Below are positions 24,071-37,860 of a stretch of 64,000 nucleotides of DNA, one piece after another (position 1 is the stretch's first letter; every line of letters starts with the position of its first letter). The notes beneath the pieces are model-generated. The model was not told the DNA's origin and did not search any database. It saw only the letters and a list, made by a program, of their open reading frames with translations. The position numbers and the translations under genes are program-made. Source of the DNA: Klebsormidium nitens (Eukaryota > Plantae > Klebsormidiophyceae); the NCBI GenBank assembly GCA_000708835.1, contig DF237018.1, forward strand, positions 124,001 to 188,000, in the 5' to 3' direction.

Positions 24071-27000
24071 ATGAAATTCACGGAGCTTGACCAGGCGAGC
24101 TTCTGGCAGATCCTGCAGCTAACGCAAGCTCAGGGCAAGTACGTCCTGGAAACATTCAAGGCTAAAACAGACGCATTCATGGATCGCTTTGAGGATGCCG
24201 TTCTGGTCACCGTCAATAGGGTTCTCGAGTTTGCGGCTCCCATTGCTGTGTTCCTCTGGCTGTTCTTCACGTTCCCTGCTGTTGCCACGTGGCGCTTCCT
24301 GAAGTGGCTGTTTACTCTACCTTGGGACATGAACAACCGGGTGGTGCTTGTACTGGGGGCGTCTTCCGGCATCGGGGCAGTAAGTGGATTGAGCCTTCCT
24401 TTCCGGCATCGATTGAAAATCCCCGTCTGGTTTGAGGCCCCTTTGGCGAGTTGGATGACATGGCTGATACAACCCCTCTTGAAACCATTGCTCATGACTT
24501 GTAGTCTGGATCCCAGGCTTTTTTGAATGCTTCAATCCTTATTGGTTGATCGATATGTTTCAAATTTTCACGAAGCAAAGTGCCTTCTGAAAGGATTATT
24601 AAACAGCTAGGATTTTAATCAGCAACTTCCACTCGCATTCAACGCCTTTCCACATACCCCTCTGTCTTAATTGCTTCTGTCGGATTTGTTCGAGCATAGT
24701 CACGCCTTCGAAGCTGCAACCCGTCGTAGACACAAAGGATGTGGAAACACCAGAGCGCGATCTAGGTGGCTTCAAGCTGTTTTTCCTGCAGACCATCAGC
24801 TCACTTATGAACAAAGACCAAGGTTCGATGCTTAGATGTGCCTCCTAAGCTCCCTTGAGGGTCCCCAAGGTATTGTTCCAGGGGCATTCTGTGGTGGAAG
24901 TAGCTAACGGGCCACGAAATAAGCAACCTGTTCCATCTAGCCTTTTCATCTCTGTCATTCTGGGCCCGTTGCAGTTCTTGGCTTACGAGTACGCGAAGCT
25001 CGGAGCGCGCCTCTCCATTGTAGCAAGACGGGAGGAGAAGCTGGAGGACGTTGCAGAACGATGCAGGTTGGCCTCAGACGTCATCAGAACCTTCGAATTC
25101 TTCTTCATTCGTCCGGATTCTCACCTCGAACCGTTTTTTCTGTCTGAGATGCGAACCTGTACCCTGATCCTGCGAAGAAATTGGAAACGAAAGTTTCTAA
25201 TGACAGGTCTGGTTGTCCTATTCTCCGGGAAGAGCAAAGCTGAAACCCTTTCCAGGCTACACACACTGGCAGTCTGTTCAGGGCCTGAACTCTGATTCGC
25301 CCTCTGTCTACGAAGCCCTTCTCAAACTCTCAGCTTTTCTGAATTCTGGCGAGATGATGCGTTGTTTTACGAGCTGGATAGCTGGTTTGGTAATTCAGTA
25401 AGATCTGTCTTTCACGCTCTGTCACGGCAACGTCCGTTCAGCTTATGAGCTACCATGTCGAATGAATAGCAGCGAGGTCTGTAGCTCGTTCAAAGATAGT
25501 GGGGTCCGCTAAGCAGTCGTACCTGCAGGGTCAGTAAGTGATTCGTAGCGAGCGTAAGCTTCGAATAAGTTGATTCAGTTCTTCTCCTCTACCTCGTTTT
25601 ACGCCCTCCTTGAACAAGCTGAAGCCTCCGCATCTCCAGGTGTTTCCATGACGTGCACGCCCTCTGTCCGCGTGCATCATCTCCGCCTTTAGCGTCTCGA
25701 TTTTGGGAAGCGCTGCAAGACTTCCAAATCTGTTGCAGGCGACTTGGTTCTCCTGACGTCCTGGTCGTACAAGCTGACGTCAGCCAGGAGGAAGGGTGCA
25801 AGCAGGCAGTGGACACGACCCTTCGGCACTTCCGCAGACGTGAGATCAGAATCCTCTGGTTTTTGGCTCTCCTTTCTCGACGTGCGGAATAGCGTCTCCG
25901 TGCACTGTAGACATTCGCTGTTGAAAATCTTCTTTCACGGTTCGTCACATATGATGATAGGACCGTGTCGGTTCCCGCTCTCAGATGCGGCCGGCTCAAA
26001 GACCACTGTTGGATTCTCTAAAAGAGGCTTCAGCGAATGCTGACCACGCAAACCGCCAATATGACCGAACGTCTGTGACGAGATGTCATTCAAGTAGGGT
26101 AAAACATACCGTCAAGTGAGCTTAGAAAGCAACGGGATCGCGCAGTTTGGAAACGTCGGTCTGCGTCTTGGTCGTTGCAAACCGTTTGAAAGCGTCGTAA
26201 ATGACGGTCTCCGTTCAAGTAAAAAGTCTGTAATTCCAGCACTCTTCATTACTTATTTCGATATGACCTAAACAGCGCTTGGAGGTACTTGTTCTTGACG
26301 ACGCTCTGGTGCCATCTGGTTTACCGCCAGAAACTTGCGCGTCGGGAAGTTTCTTCCGTTGAGTCTCTTCGTTCATCACTTACAAGGAAAAGCGACTTGA
26401 AGAACGTGGATAGTAGTCTTTTGTCTTGAATGGTGCGCAGTCTGCAAGTAACTTCTGCTAATTGTGCAGTCGACGCGCTGGTTCTCGCCGCGGCAGTGGG
26501 CCACATTTACTACTTCGAAGAGGCGGAGGACACCAGAGGATTCCGCCAAATCATGGTGAGCTTCTGAAACTTATTGCCCCTTCAATCCATGGGACATCTC
26601 TTGGCCGCGAGGTAATTGGCGCCTTCAGTCTTGAGGGACATTATCATGCGGAGGGGCTGACGGTTTGCAAGAGTTCATGGGTCTGAGATCTTCAGGCACC
26701 TTTGACCAGATTGCTGTAAAAGATTGTTCACGTAACGGGACACGTGGACCTTTATTCCTTTCGCGAACCTAGCGAGCAAGAATTGATCTCAATCGTGCGC
26801 GCCTCGATCCACTTTGGTGCGGCCAAGACCACCAAGTTCGTTGTCCTGCTTCGAAAGGTACCGAAATGACCGACCCTCCGAATTCACTCTGCGCAATTCT
26901 CTGCACGAAAGTGCTGAGAAGTCTCCAATGTCACCGCGCGCGGCACTGACCCCTTGCTGACGCGGCCAGGACGTCAACTTCTGGAGCTACGTGTACACGA

Positions 27001-28885
27001 CCAAGTTCGCGCTGCCGGCGCTGCTCGAGAGCCAGGGCCAGATCGTGGCCGTTGACTCCTGCACCGCCTTCATCAACCTGCCCGCCTTCAGCCTGTACAA
27101 CGTGAGGAACAACTTCCGTTTCTCGAACTGTCGTCGCCCTTGGTTCCGCTGTTTTCAGGGCACTAGTACTCCTGGTTATCAAAAATGGAAGGGAAACAGT
27201 CGCGGGTTCCATAATTAACTGATGTTCGCATTTTGACGCTTCAGCCATCCCCCTTCAACTGGAGTCGTCACCTAGAGCTCCATCCCACTGATTTGGCGCA
27301 CGGCGTCAAAATTGGCGGTGCTTCAGCCCTTCACGTTTTCGTCCAGACCACCTGTTCTTGCAGATTTTGAGGGCGTTTTCGATTCTTCCGTGACCCTTCA
27401 AGACTGACGGGTGTTGAGTTTCTGCCGTCTAAGTTGTTTTGCAATATATCCGTCCCGTTCAAGTTTCTTACGGAGGCGATGTTGCAACCTAGAGCAGCTA
27501 GTGAAACAAAAACGAGTACACGGAGCCGTTGTTTCTCCACTGGTAAGAAAAGTGAGAAGCACTCCTCGAGCAAGTCAGAGAACGGGGAAACTTACTTCGA
27601 CGCGACCGGAATCCGTTGTTCCACTGTTCTGGTGCTTCCAAGGCAATCGATGCTTCTCCGGTTCCCAGGGATGGTTGTATCTGAAACAGGCTACGGACCT
27701 GCTTCTCCATCGTAAGAAAAGTAGAGAAGGTTGGAAGATTGCTTCGGCCCCAGAACGCATTCCGCAGTTCCGCCGTTCCGGTGCAGGCGTCCAAGGCGGC
27801 GGTGACGCAGTTCTTCGAGACGCTGCGCGTGGAGCTGGGCGACTGCGTGCCCATCACGGTGCTCTTCCCCGGGGTGGTCAAGACGGAGCTCACCGACGGC
27901 AAGGTCATCCTGCCGACCGGCGAGGTCGCCTCCCCGCTCGAGGGTGCCGAGCTGCGCAAGGTGACGTCACTCTTACGCGCGCACCCTTCCCCCATGCCCC
28001 GCTATTTGATTCGCCGCACCCGGGTCGTCGGGGCCCCTGACGTGCGGCGTGAGGTGAGAGTGTGGGGGAACGTGCTTGAAAACGGAACGTTTGTGGGTGC
28101 TGGTCTTCTGCGGATTCTAAACTTGTTTCGGTAGCTTCACGAGGTTCTGAGAATTGGAGACGTCACGAAAGTTCCAGTGGTGACTACAGTAGCTTGAACG
28201 CTAAGCCGAAGAGATGAACGGCTGTCAAGGGCGGCGGTCATTGTGGCGGCAGCTTCGAACCTGCCGTGAACGGATCATCGGTTCTCATTTCAAAGAAAGA
28301 GAATTCAATCGGCCGTGAACGGATCATGGTAGGGCAGAAACATCTTGGCTATTGTTTGCAAATTAATGGCCGTCCAGAGTAAAGTAGACTTGACTGTTGT
28401 ATGGAGACTTTAGCTTCCCTTGCGACCCACTTGAAACTGCCCTGGAATATCGATTGATGTCTGATGTTTGCGACTCGGATTAAAATGCTGATCACGTGCT
28501 GACGGACGAACTTGAAATTAGAATCTGCATTTTCTTATTTGACTACTGCTCACAGACTTCGATCCCTCTCTTTGACTCACCCTCGCCCGTCTTCTCTTCG
28601 CAGAAAGGCGGCTTCGGCCTGGCGCCCGTCATCCCCGCGCCCTACTTCGCCAAGCGTGCCGTCAAGGCCGCCCGCTATCGACGTCAGCGTGCCGTCATCC
28701 CGTCGTGGTACAGCATGGCGCTCTACCTGCAAGTCTTCCAGCCGGAGGTCCTGCTGACGGTTCTCGGTTTTCTCTACCGGGGGCGGCCGTCCGTGGCCAA
28801 GATCGCAATGGAGGCCCTCGGGGGAGGGGTGAAGCACCCGGGGGGCAAGGAGTTCAAGGAGGCGGGATACAGGAAGGGCGGGTGA
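24071..28885 (+). CDS. Steroleosin-like 11-beta-hydroxysteroid dehydrogenase (classical SDR), 7 exons
   Basis: N-terminal hydrophobic segment (PIAVFLWLFFTFPAVATW); Rossmann motif VLVLGASSGIG; VVQADVS; DVNFWSYVYTTKFALPAL; catalytic YxxxK split by an intron (LYN|ASK); FFETLRVELG...PGVVKTE. All exons join in frame at GT-AG sites. Confidence 0.9.
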
Positions 28886-30737
28886 AATGGTCGGGAGCAC
28901 TAATTGCGGGTGCTTTCGTATGAAGGTGAATGCATGTGAAGCTGGCAAAAGGATGGCGTTCGCGTGTCTCAGACAGGACGTGACAAGGGAAGGAGATTGT
29001 CTTGAGACGTCGATTGATCAAGCTAGCCCTCTGTAGCATGTGCAAGGTGTACAGCAGTAAGAGGCAGGCACAAATTATGGGACAATCAACTTTATGCATG
29101 CATAATAACGTTTTGTGAGACAATTAAGGGGTTCGAGCAAGCTTTGGATGTCGTGAACTGAGATTTGCACAACGCCAATTAGCCAGCAAGGACCTAAAAA
29201 GCAGGCAAGGAAAGCTACGAGCATGCAAATGTGGTCAAATTCAAAGGGCTTCTCAATTACGAAAGTCTGCCAACATTCCGAACAATTACACTCTACTTAA
29301 TTGGGTCGCAAGCTGCTGCATGCAAGATTAGCATGTAGTCGTGGTTGGTGGAAGTTGTTGAATTGGAAATTTGACATACACTTCTCAATGTTGAACCATG
29401 AACCGAGTGCAGCTATGCAATGAATGACTGTAAAAAGGTATCAAGTAGATGCACATACCAACATGATTAGAGCCTGCGCATGGAAGTCTCTATAAAGCAG
29501 GCCTTCACAAGGTATTGGTGGACACCTTACCTTAATCACGCTGAACATGGTCAGACGCGCGATACTACTCACTCGCCAATTGTAGGGAATTCGAACGAGC
29601 ATCACATGCCAGAAACTGCGAAAGGTTTCTGGGAGGCCATGCCAGGCAATGATAGTTCACTGCTGCTCCATAATGGCAGGCCGGCGGAGTCGGATATCAT
29701 ATATGTCATTAATACAATCTAAATGTTTTGGATACCTAAATGCTCACGTGCATGATTCAATCATGCTCATGCGAAGTTCGTATATATGTATTTTGCGCGT
29801 CAAAGCGCACGCCGGGTCAGTGACTAGGAGAATTGGCCGGCCAAGGATGCCCAGCCACGGACCATTGATTACTTGATCGACGAGATTCATGACGTGTTGC
29901 CTGAAATTGAATGCTCTGATTGAATGCAGAGCATTCATCAAGCTTAGCCGCTGGAATTCATAGGCCGCCTCTGGCATAACATTGAAGTACGTTTGACTGC
30001 GTAGCCTGATTTGCAGGCTGTGCGTTAAGCAGATTGTTGAGAAAGCCCACTGCTAGTAAGACGAGACACGGTTCAAGTTATCATTCCATCTGCAAGTCTC
30101 AATTCGAACATGGGGGCCATCGAAGGAAATTGCTGACCTAGCAGTCCGTTTTTCTAGCACCTAGAGCGGTCCTGCCAACTTTCTAACGTTTACCTGTATT
30201 GAATGGCCGAGCCTGCCTCAAGATCTGAGTTGTTTCAAAAAGCTCTTCCAACTATCCAAACTGATGGCGCCCAGACAACACTGATATTCTAAAACTGCTT
30301 CAGCCTATTAGTACATAGTAATATAGTAAATGTCAAGCAAACAAGAATCTACACGAGGCCTTATTCCTTCAAATCAGTACCCTTTCACTGGCCGTATGAG
30401 CTGCCCAGGGATTTAAGGTAAAACTAAGTTGCGGTCTAGGAGGCAGCAATAACCCGCAACACAGAGACAGCTCCCCAAGCTTAATGCCGTCTTACCATTG
30501 ACAGCTTTCGTCAGGAAAGTCGTGCCTGACGCACTACATAGCCGCACTATCCTTGCATCTCCTTTTTCTCATGTTTGCCCAATTGCCACCTGATTTCAAT
30601 GTCCACCTGATTCCTATTTCTTATGCCGCCTACAAGTCAAATATATGCAGATAACCAACATCTCAACTTGCATTGGAGCAATTTGCAGCCTCCGCCCATC
30701 ATTGCTTGATGACCCGGACATCAAGAGTGCCGCCTTC

Positions 30738-30989
30738 TCACTTCCGTTTCTTTGACCCACCCTTCTGACTCCCCGCCCTTGCTAGTTCCTCATTCTCTGC
30801 TGCTTCCTCTTTCAGTGCTTCCTGCACTTTCCGAGCCTTCTCTTCTTCGTTCATCGCTCTTCTTGACAGCACGAAAAGCGCCATGAGGGCAAGTGCTGCG
30901 TGCACATCAGAGATGATCTTGTAGTAAAACAGCGCGCCCGGGATGATTCCCAGGAAGAGCAGAAAGATCTGAACCTTGCGGTAATCCAT
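30738..30989 (-). CDS. Small (83 aa) predicted membrane protein with charged, Lys-rich tail
   Basis: Single ORF with two hydrophobic stretches and a tail EEEKARKVQEALKEEAAENEELARAGSQKGGSKKRK. Coding-like composition, no recognised family. Confidence 0.6.
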   Translation of the reverse strand: MDYRKVQIFLLFLGIIPGALFYYKIISDVHAALALMALFVLSRRAMNEEEKARKVQEALKEEAAENEELARAGSQKGGSKKRK

Positions 30990-31276
30990 TAATTTGAGCC
31001 AAAGTAGATCTCAAAAGTGTATGCTAGGAGGGCAGTTCAGCAAAGCGCTAGCTGTGAATCAGCTGTATTGAGTCATCTTGCTGTACACGAAAGGTTGCAA
31101 CCAAAGAGCGCAAGCATGTGCGTATTGAGGCAGCCAACTGTTGAAGAGGACAACGCAAGCTACCCTGTTGATGCAACGACTTCGCGGATGTACCTACGTG
31201 GTCTGTTGACATCATGATCAGGTGCTGCTGCAAATCGCAATGCTCGCTACGAAGCTAGCCAGCACAAACGCTAGCT

Positions 31277-31322
31277 AGCTGGCTGTACCTAGCTCAGCTG
31301 GCTGTACCTAGCTCAGCTGGCT
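31277..31322 (+). repeat. 19-bp tandem repeat (agctggctgtacctagctc, about 2.4 copies)
   Basis: Perfect direct repeat in the divergent region between the small membrane-protein gene and fibrillin. Confidence 0.85.
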
Positions 31323-31570
31323 CCAGCATGACGCCGCAAAGTGTGAACACCTCCGACGGTACAGTCTGAACTTGCCGGCTTTTGCAATCAAGATTTTGAA
31401 GGAAAGTTCACGAATTCATAAAACGGCAGGACCAACGGCGCCCGGCAGCTATTTCACACCTCGCTACGAATGGGTCTGAAGGGAAAGAAATTTGAAAAGC
31501 TTGAAGCTGGCCCGCGGCCAGGTTTGCAGAATTTGCACTTCAATCTAGGCAGCCAAAAGAGTGCAATCGC

Positions 31571-34500
31571 ATGGCGCTCTCCATCAGCAAAAGCCTGGTC
31601 CACTCTCCATTGCTTGCTCCCGTCCAGTTCCCCAGCAAGCAAGGCAGCCAAGAACGCCCCGTCAGCGATGCTGCATTCACGCGCCCATCTCGCAGGAATA
31701 GGAAATGCAATTGCTGTCAAGCAAAGCCTACAGAGCAAGATTGGTTCTCACTTGAACCTTTCTTGGGCAGCCTCTCGCGGCTGCAGGTAAGTGGGGCTTT
31801 GGTTTCTTTGCCCCATGCAAGTCCCATGCAAGGTGTGCCTCTGAATGAGGGCCAGCGTGTCAAACGCCACTCAACGCTTTTGCAGAGTGGTTCCAGCACA
31901 AAAGTATTCCAGTCTAGTTGGCCTGCTGTCCACAGCTGCTCGCTTCGCTTCTGAGCTGGCAAAACCACTATTCTGCATTTACCCCTTGATTTACATTCTG
32001 ACAGATTTACTTAGTACCTCTCCTGAATGGTGATGACACATCGTGTGGGCTTTCAACTCTGTGCCCCTCTTAGCTTCTCAGATAGACGTCATACAATTCT
32101 TGGAGTCTTATGCTGGTTCTAGACAAAGGCAGCCACCGATGTCATACCAACATCAGCTTTCATCTTCTGCCAGGCGCCCTTGACGAGCCCACGTAGATTT
32201 TCCCCAGATGCCAGCAAACATCAAAGCAGGCAGGCAGCCGCACGGGCGAGCAGCAGTGCCAAGGTCAGCACAAGTGGCAGTAGTGGAAGCGCAGCTCCCC
32301 AGAGCTTGCAGGAGCAGAAAGCGGCAATACTCAAGGTGGTGGCAAACACAAACAGGGGCAAAGTGAGGGGGCTGCCAATCTCGTTCAGGGGCAATTAAGT
32401 GGAAAGATTGAAGTGTCCTGTTTGTTGACTACCTGCTTTTAAATATGTTTGTGTGAATCATCCATCAAGAAAGGCAGCCGTTTGAAACCAGTGCTTCTGT
32501 GGACCATTTTGATCAGCAGGAGTGCGTTTGCGCTTGCGCTCCTTTCCAAATAGATGAGCAGCACTATCACCGTAGATTGGTTCACCGACTTCCTCTTACG
32601 TCTGCCTTCTCTTAGATGAGCTGTCACACATGTTGAAAACATAGTCAAACAAAAGCCAACAAAAAACATTTGGCCTTGCAGAACACCACCGCGTGGCAGC
32701 GGAGGCAGATCCTCGACCTTATAGAGGTACGACTTCCTCAAACGCTGAGTTCGTTAGAAACTTTCTTAGCCCCAAACCGAGAAACTTCAGTTTCATGATC
32801 CCCCTGTCCTTGTATAAACAGCAACAGCAGTTCCTCGCAGGCCTGCCGATTCAATTCCTTGAAATCGTCCTTGCCCGGAGGTAAGTCAATGGAGCCTCGC
32901 ACAGGCTTTCTAGTGAGGCAGCTCTGCCCTCTGTGCTCAGACTTAGCACTTACAGCTTCTGAATTATGTCGAGCCTTCAGCGTGCTGGGTGCGAGAACAG
33001 GGCTGGATTCATGAGTCTTTCCTGTGACTATCCGATCGCTCTTTGTGTCTTGCAGAGCGTCGAGCCTCAAAACCCAACTCCAGACCCGATCAGGTCTCCC
33101 CTCATCTCTGGCACGTGGTCCTTACTCTACACTGCGTCGACAAAAGGTGACCCCGCTGCTCATGATAGAGTGCACTTGTTCCCCATATGTTGATTCGTAC
33201 TTCTAATTGTATTGCTTCTTCGAATGCTACCGAGTGGATGCGCTCGATACTCGTCCCTTTCTGAGCGATGACTTGACGCTAAATGGAGACCAATCTTTTA
33301 GAGCTTCGACCTGCACAAAGGCCAGCTCTATTACAAGAGCGTTGGTCCTTGAAAGCCAATTGCGGAATCGTCTCTTAGTCTCTTTCTGGCGGGTACGTTG
33401 TCTCTCAAAGTTAACACGTAGGCGGATTCTTCGGAAGGTACCTCATCGGCGGTTCTCCTGTTGTACTCGCATCCGCGTTGATAGATGATAATATGCCATA
33501 AGTAGAAGTAAAGAATGTGCTAACTGCCGTCGGAATCTCTTTTCTCGTGCGAGGAGTTCAAAGGAGCGGTCATTAGACAAAGGCTATTACGGAAAAATAA
33601 CAATTTAAAACGCTCCATGTGAGACTTGACTTCATCAAGAACTTGAATCTCGAAAGCCGTGGTTCTGTAGGCTCTTGATTTTGAACCGCATCCAAGAGCG
33701 GATCTAAGATCAACAACAGGACGTACTATCATGACATTCTGTGCCGTACATTTCTGCTCCATCCTTGCAGAGGAGTTCACATATGCGGGTACCGAAGAGG
33801 GTCCGTTTCTTGCGCGCGTAAAACCGGCGGCGTTCGGGCAGGTGCGGTCCAAAGGCAGCACGCAGATCATCCAATCAGATACGGGACACGTGGACAACAT
33901 TGCTGAGTTCTCCGTTTTCGGCAAACCCGGTGAGCGCGTAACAGCGTTCGCGGGTTCCGTGCTCAAAAGATGGCCGGTGGTTCGAGATGTACTGGCGTAG
34001 GTTATGATTGATATTCGTGGAGTCGTTTGAAGGGTTTGCATCGCAGCTCGTGGCAAGTTTCCGCTCGAACGAGACTGGCTTTTTCCAAGTCAATTCAATG
34101 TGACCGGCTGGAACACACAAGGTTTTCGAACCCCACGTTGGTTTCTGCTAGGAGCTCACTCTTTCCGCGACCACTCGAGATTGAACGGTAGAGCTCTGTA
34201 ACGGATTCTGCACTGTTTCTACGACGAAATAGAATATACATGACTTCAGATGCAAAAATCCCTAGAGACAGTAAGAAACGAACTCCACTCGTCCGGAAGA
34301 ACGAAAGCATCGAGCAAAGCCAACTTACCAAAACGATCTAGTCGCAAACCCTCCAACGAACAAACTTCCTAATCGAGCCCCCCCTCTCCTCCAAGTTTCG
34401 CAAAAGCCTCAAACAAGAAAAAGCCCTACACAAGCCTCGCTTTCCTCGAGGTCCTGCAAACCCCGCCAACAAGCCACCCCCCCTGACCAAGCCCGTCTTC

Positions 34501-36056
34501 CCATCCAGGTTCGCTGACCATCACCGGTAGTTTTGTCCCGGCCGCGCCTCTTCCGGACCGGGGAGCCGTCCGAATTGACGTCCGCTTCGAAAGCTTCAGA
34601 CTCAAACTGGGCTGGATAAGTCTCCGGGTGCCCCTCGGGTGGGTTAATCCAACCGGGTGAGTGGCCCGGTTTTCGAAACCAGTTTTTTGGACAACCGATT
34701 TATGGTTTTGAATGTTCTACGCTCAAGCTGGGCTGGCTACATCTCCGGGTGCCCCTCCGGTGGGATGAATTGACCGGGTGAGTGGCTCGGTTTTCCAAAC
34801 CATTTTTGCGCATATTGCTTCAAACCTGGGTGAGATTTCGAACGTTCGACGCTTAAGCTGATTAGCTCGAACCGGAGGTCTCCCTCAGGTGGATCAACTC
34901 GACCGGGTGAATGGCCCGATTTGGAAACCAGTTTTTGGCATGTTGCTTCAAACCTGGTTAAGATTCTGAACGTTCTATGCTTAAGCTGGTTTAGCTCAAT
35001 CCGGAGGTGCCGCACGGGTGAATTGATTCGGCCCCGGTTTTTCATACCGGTATCTCGTGTCAAACTTGATCACTAACGAAGCTATGCCTGCACAGTGCGC
35101 ACCATGTCGCACCACTTTTTAGAACACATGGCGCAGAGAAGGCGGCTCAACTGATGGCGCAGAGTTCGTTAAGCGGTATCAGATTCAACTTGAACACTGT
35201 ACGCTTCCTCAGGCATGCTTTTCCTGTGAGAACGTCATATTCCCGCTTTTGATCCGTCGGTTCGGCCGATTGCCTGATGCGGGGCCCTCGCGGTCGAATG
35301 ATTCTTGGAGGCGCGAACGATGTGAAACATCGTCAATAGCCGTTATCTTCAAAGCAGAATGTGGACCCGTTATCACATCAGGAATATTGTAGCACCCCTT
35401 TGTTCCGCTCCCCCCTCTGAAGTTTTCAACAAAGAGAATCGAAAAATGAAACCGAGAAAGATAGGCGGAAGCACCGGCAGAAGAATGCGATTCTCCGCGT
35501 TTAAGAAAAGCATGGGGCACGTTGGACACATCCTCTTCTCGACAAAGTCGCTTGTTGTAGAAAGTCCTGAAATAGGATTCTATCTATTATCACCGACGCC
35601 GTGACACTCATCAGTGGACAAATGAAGTCCTCAAGGCGACCTATTTGTCAGTTGGAGAACTGTCAAATCTGTTGCCCCGGGCATTCCTCTTTGCTAGATT
35701 CTTGAATCTCTTGTTACGGAGATCTGTATGCGTCTGATGATGTGTGATATTCTGTTTGGAAGGGCCGCGAAACCTTGTCCACTCAACCTCTTGCGCCCGA
35801 TCGATTTCACCGGCCATCAAGCAGCGGGTAGAGACACATCTCCTAAACACGTCAAGTAATTGTGCTCGACGCCAAGCGCTTTCGTCTTACAATAAGAGGC
35901 CCCCGCCAAGCATTCCCTCGCAAATCCTTCTTCCAAATATGGTTTAAACCCATGCCGTTATTTTGCAGGTGGATTGACACCACATACTTGGACTCCGAGC
36001 TCCGGATAGGAAGGGGCGATAAGGGCTCCGTTTTCGTGACTGTACGGCGAAAGTGA
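31571..36056 (+). CDS. Plastid lipid-associated protein (PAP/fibrillin family), multi-exon
   Basis: Ser/Arg-rich transit-peptide-like start. Exons read KAAILKVVANTNRGK, NTTAWQRRQILDLIE, SVEPQNPTPDP...LISGTWSLLYT, ...VDNIAEFSVFG, GSLTITGSF...RIDVRFE, WIDTTYLDSELRIGRGDKGSVFV; the motifs are fibrillin-like. Confidence 0.88.
34604..35035 (+). repeat. Diverged tandem repeat (units of about 121, 130 and 128 bp, about 3.5 copies) spanning a fibrillin exon end and its splice donor
   Basis: Unit starts at 34604, 34725, 34855 and 34983. The first three units contain accgg-gtga(g/a)tggc..., and unit 1 overlaps the exon ending CCAACCGG|gtgagt. Confidence 0.85.
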
Positions 36057-37860
36057 GTCCTTGGGCTAGTGCTAAATGTGTTGGCCTGTCGTTTAAGCTC
36101 AGGGCCTCGACCTGAATAGTATAAGTTAGGTCTGTCTCATAGTTCGTTGACGTGCAGAGTGTGCGTGGCTGAGGTTCACTAGTTGGTCACGGTTGCTAAA
36201 ACAGACTGTGTTGTTGGCTAGCCTGGGCGTTGCGTGCAGAACTGCGTTGGACAGTCGTGTTTGTTCTTACAGAATGGCAAATCTTAGTTTGTTTGTACAT
36301 AGATGGATCACGACTTTTTGCAATTGTAGCACAGGAACGATCCAGCAGCTGGCCCTAAGGTTCGGCTGTAGCCAACTCCACGCTTTCCTTTTGACAACGT
36401 CACTGCTTTTTGTGGACGAAGTGAGTCTGGGTCGCTCCATCGGGTGAATCGGATTTGGGGCAGATTCATACTTCTACACACATATCTTCTTTAATTTACG
36501 GTTATCAAAGTTAAGTTTCAAGATGGCCCTAGAAAGATTGGATAATTTGATTGTCGGGCAGAACACGGCCGCCGCCCCGAATGATGTACTCATATTAAGC
36601 TACATGTGCTTTGGCTTGCGGGCTTCTAGTGTGACGATAGGGTATGTATGTACGCACCAGTGACATGCTGGCACCGGCCCGTGCCTACCTGACCTATCGA
36701 CGGTTCGAACGCATTCTTCATGCGAAAGTTCGACTTGGCAATCAGGTTGCATTCATGAGCTGCCGTACTTAAGTTATTTTACGATTGACATGTGGCCGAC
36801 GAGATCAGTCATGAGTGCTTGAAAGTGATCGGACGCGTGATCTCGTGGATGGTCTACACATCATCGGGTGCAGTGCACCGTCCCTTAAATGGACTGCGGC
36901 TTGCAATCAGTATATGCATCTGGATTGGATTCCTTGCAAGGTTGCGGATCGATCATTCCTACCAGCCTAAGATTATTAAGATTGTTGAATCGTAAAGGCG
37001 GCCCCGGGCAGGGGACAGGGCGCCCCGCATTTTGCACTGGCAGATAGCAAAAAGGCCTGCGATAATCTAGTGGATGTCTGTTGCGATTTGAACTCCTCCA
37101 GGCCAATCAACGACTAGATGACCAGATGCCGGCCTGCCATGCCAATCGTTTTGCAAGTCTCACGGACTGAGCAGCCGGACAGCCTCAAACTGCATGAGCC
37201 ATTGCCCCCATGTTTCAATTCCTTCCGTGTTCTGAAACCAGGTTGGATCACTAACTTGCCATAACCTGGATGCACTTGATATCCTTGCACTTGTCCTCCT
37301 CGTTTTCCAACACACTTCTCATTATGTAGATTATCTCAGACTGCTGCAACAGCAGAATACACAAAATGGCAGAGAGTGTGCTGACTGACGAACCGCATGC
37401 CATGACAAACGAAGATTCCATCAGGCACAGACGTGGCAGTCTATCTGGCAAGTCCATCTAGAAGTCCGGCTTATATATACAGTTGACCCGACAACCGAGT
37501 GCAAGCTTGGCTTTCCACGTCAGCCCTGCCTCCCGCAGTCAATTGACCAAACACCGCAGCCCCAAGTATGAGCTTGCTCGACTACCCTACCGATTATGGT
37601 AGCCGGCTCCCTGCATCACAAGCAAGTTTGGGAGTCATGTACAAGAACTTACAGTATAAGAAGCTGACTGAGAGGGTGAAGCAAAGCCCAGAAGCTTCCT
37701 GTGACTCATTACGTTTTGGCGACCAGACACCGCATGCATGGCCATGTTGGTCGCCGAGGCAGAACTTCGAGATGCAATTCAATGTGTACAACGATTGAAA
37801 TGCAAAAAAAATACATAAGATGTGCGAAGCCACAGCTTTGATGAACGAGGAACGCACCGG

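Noticed and set aside
34604-35035. CRISPR-like array
   Set aside because: Whole units are homologous with no unique spacers, the context is eukaryotic and no cas genes are present. It is a tandem duplication.
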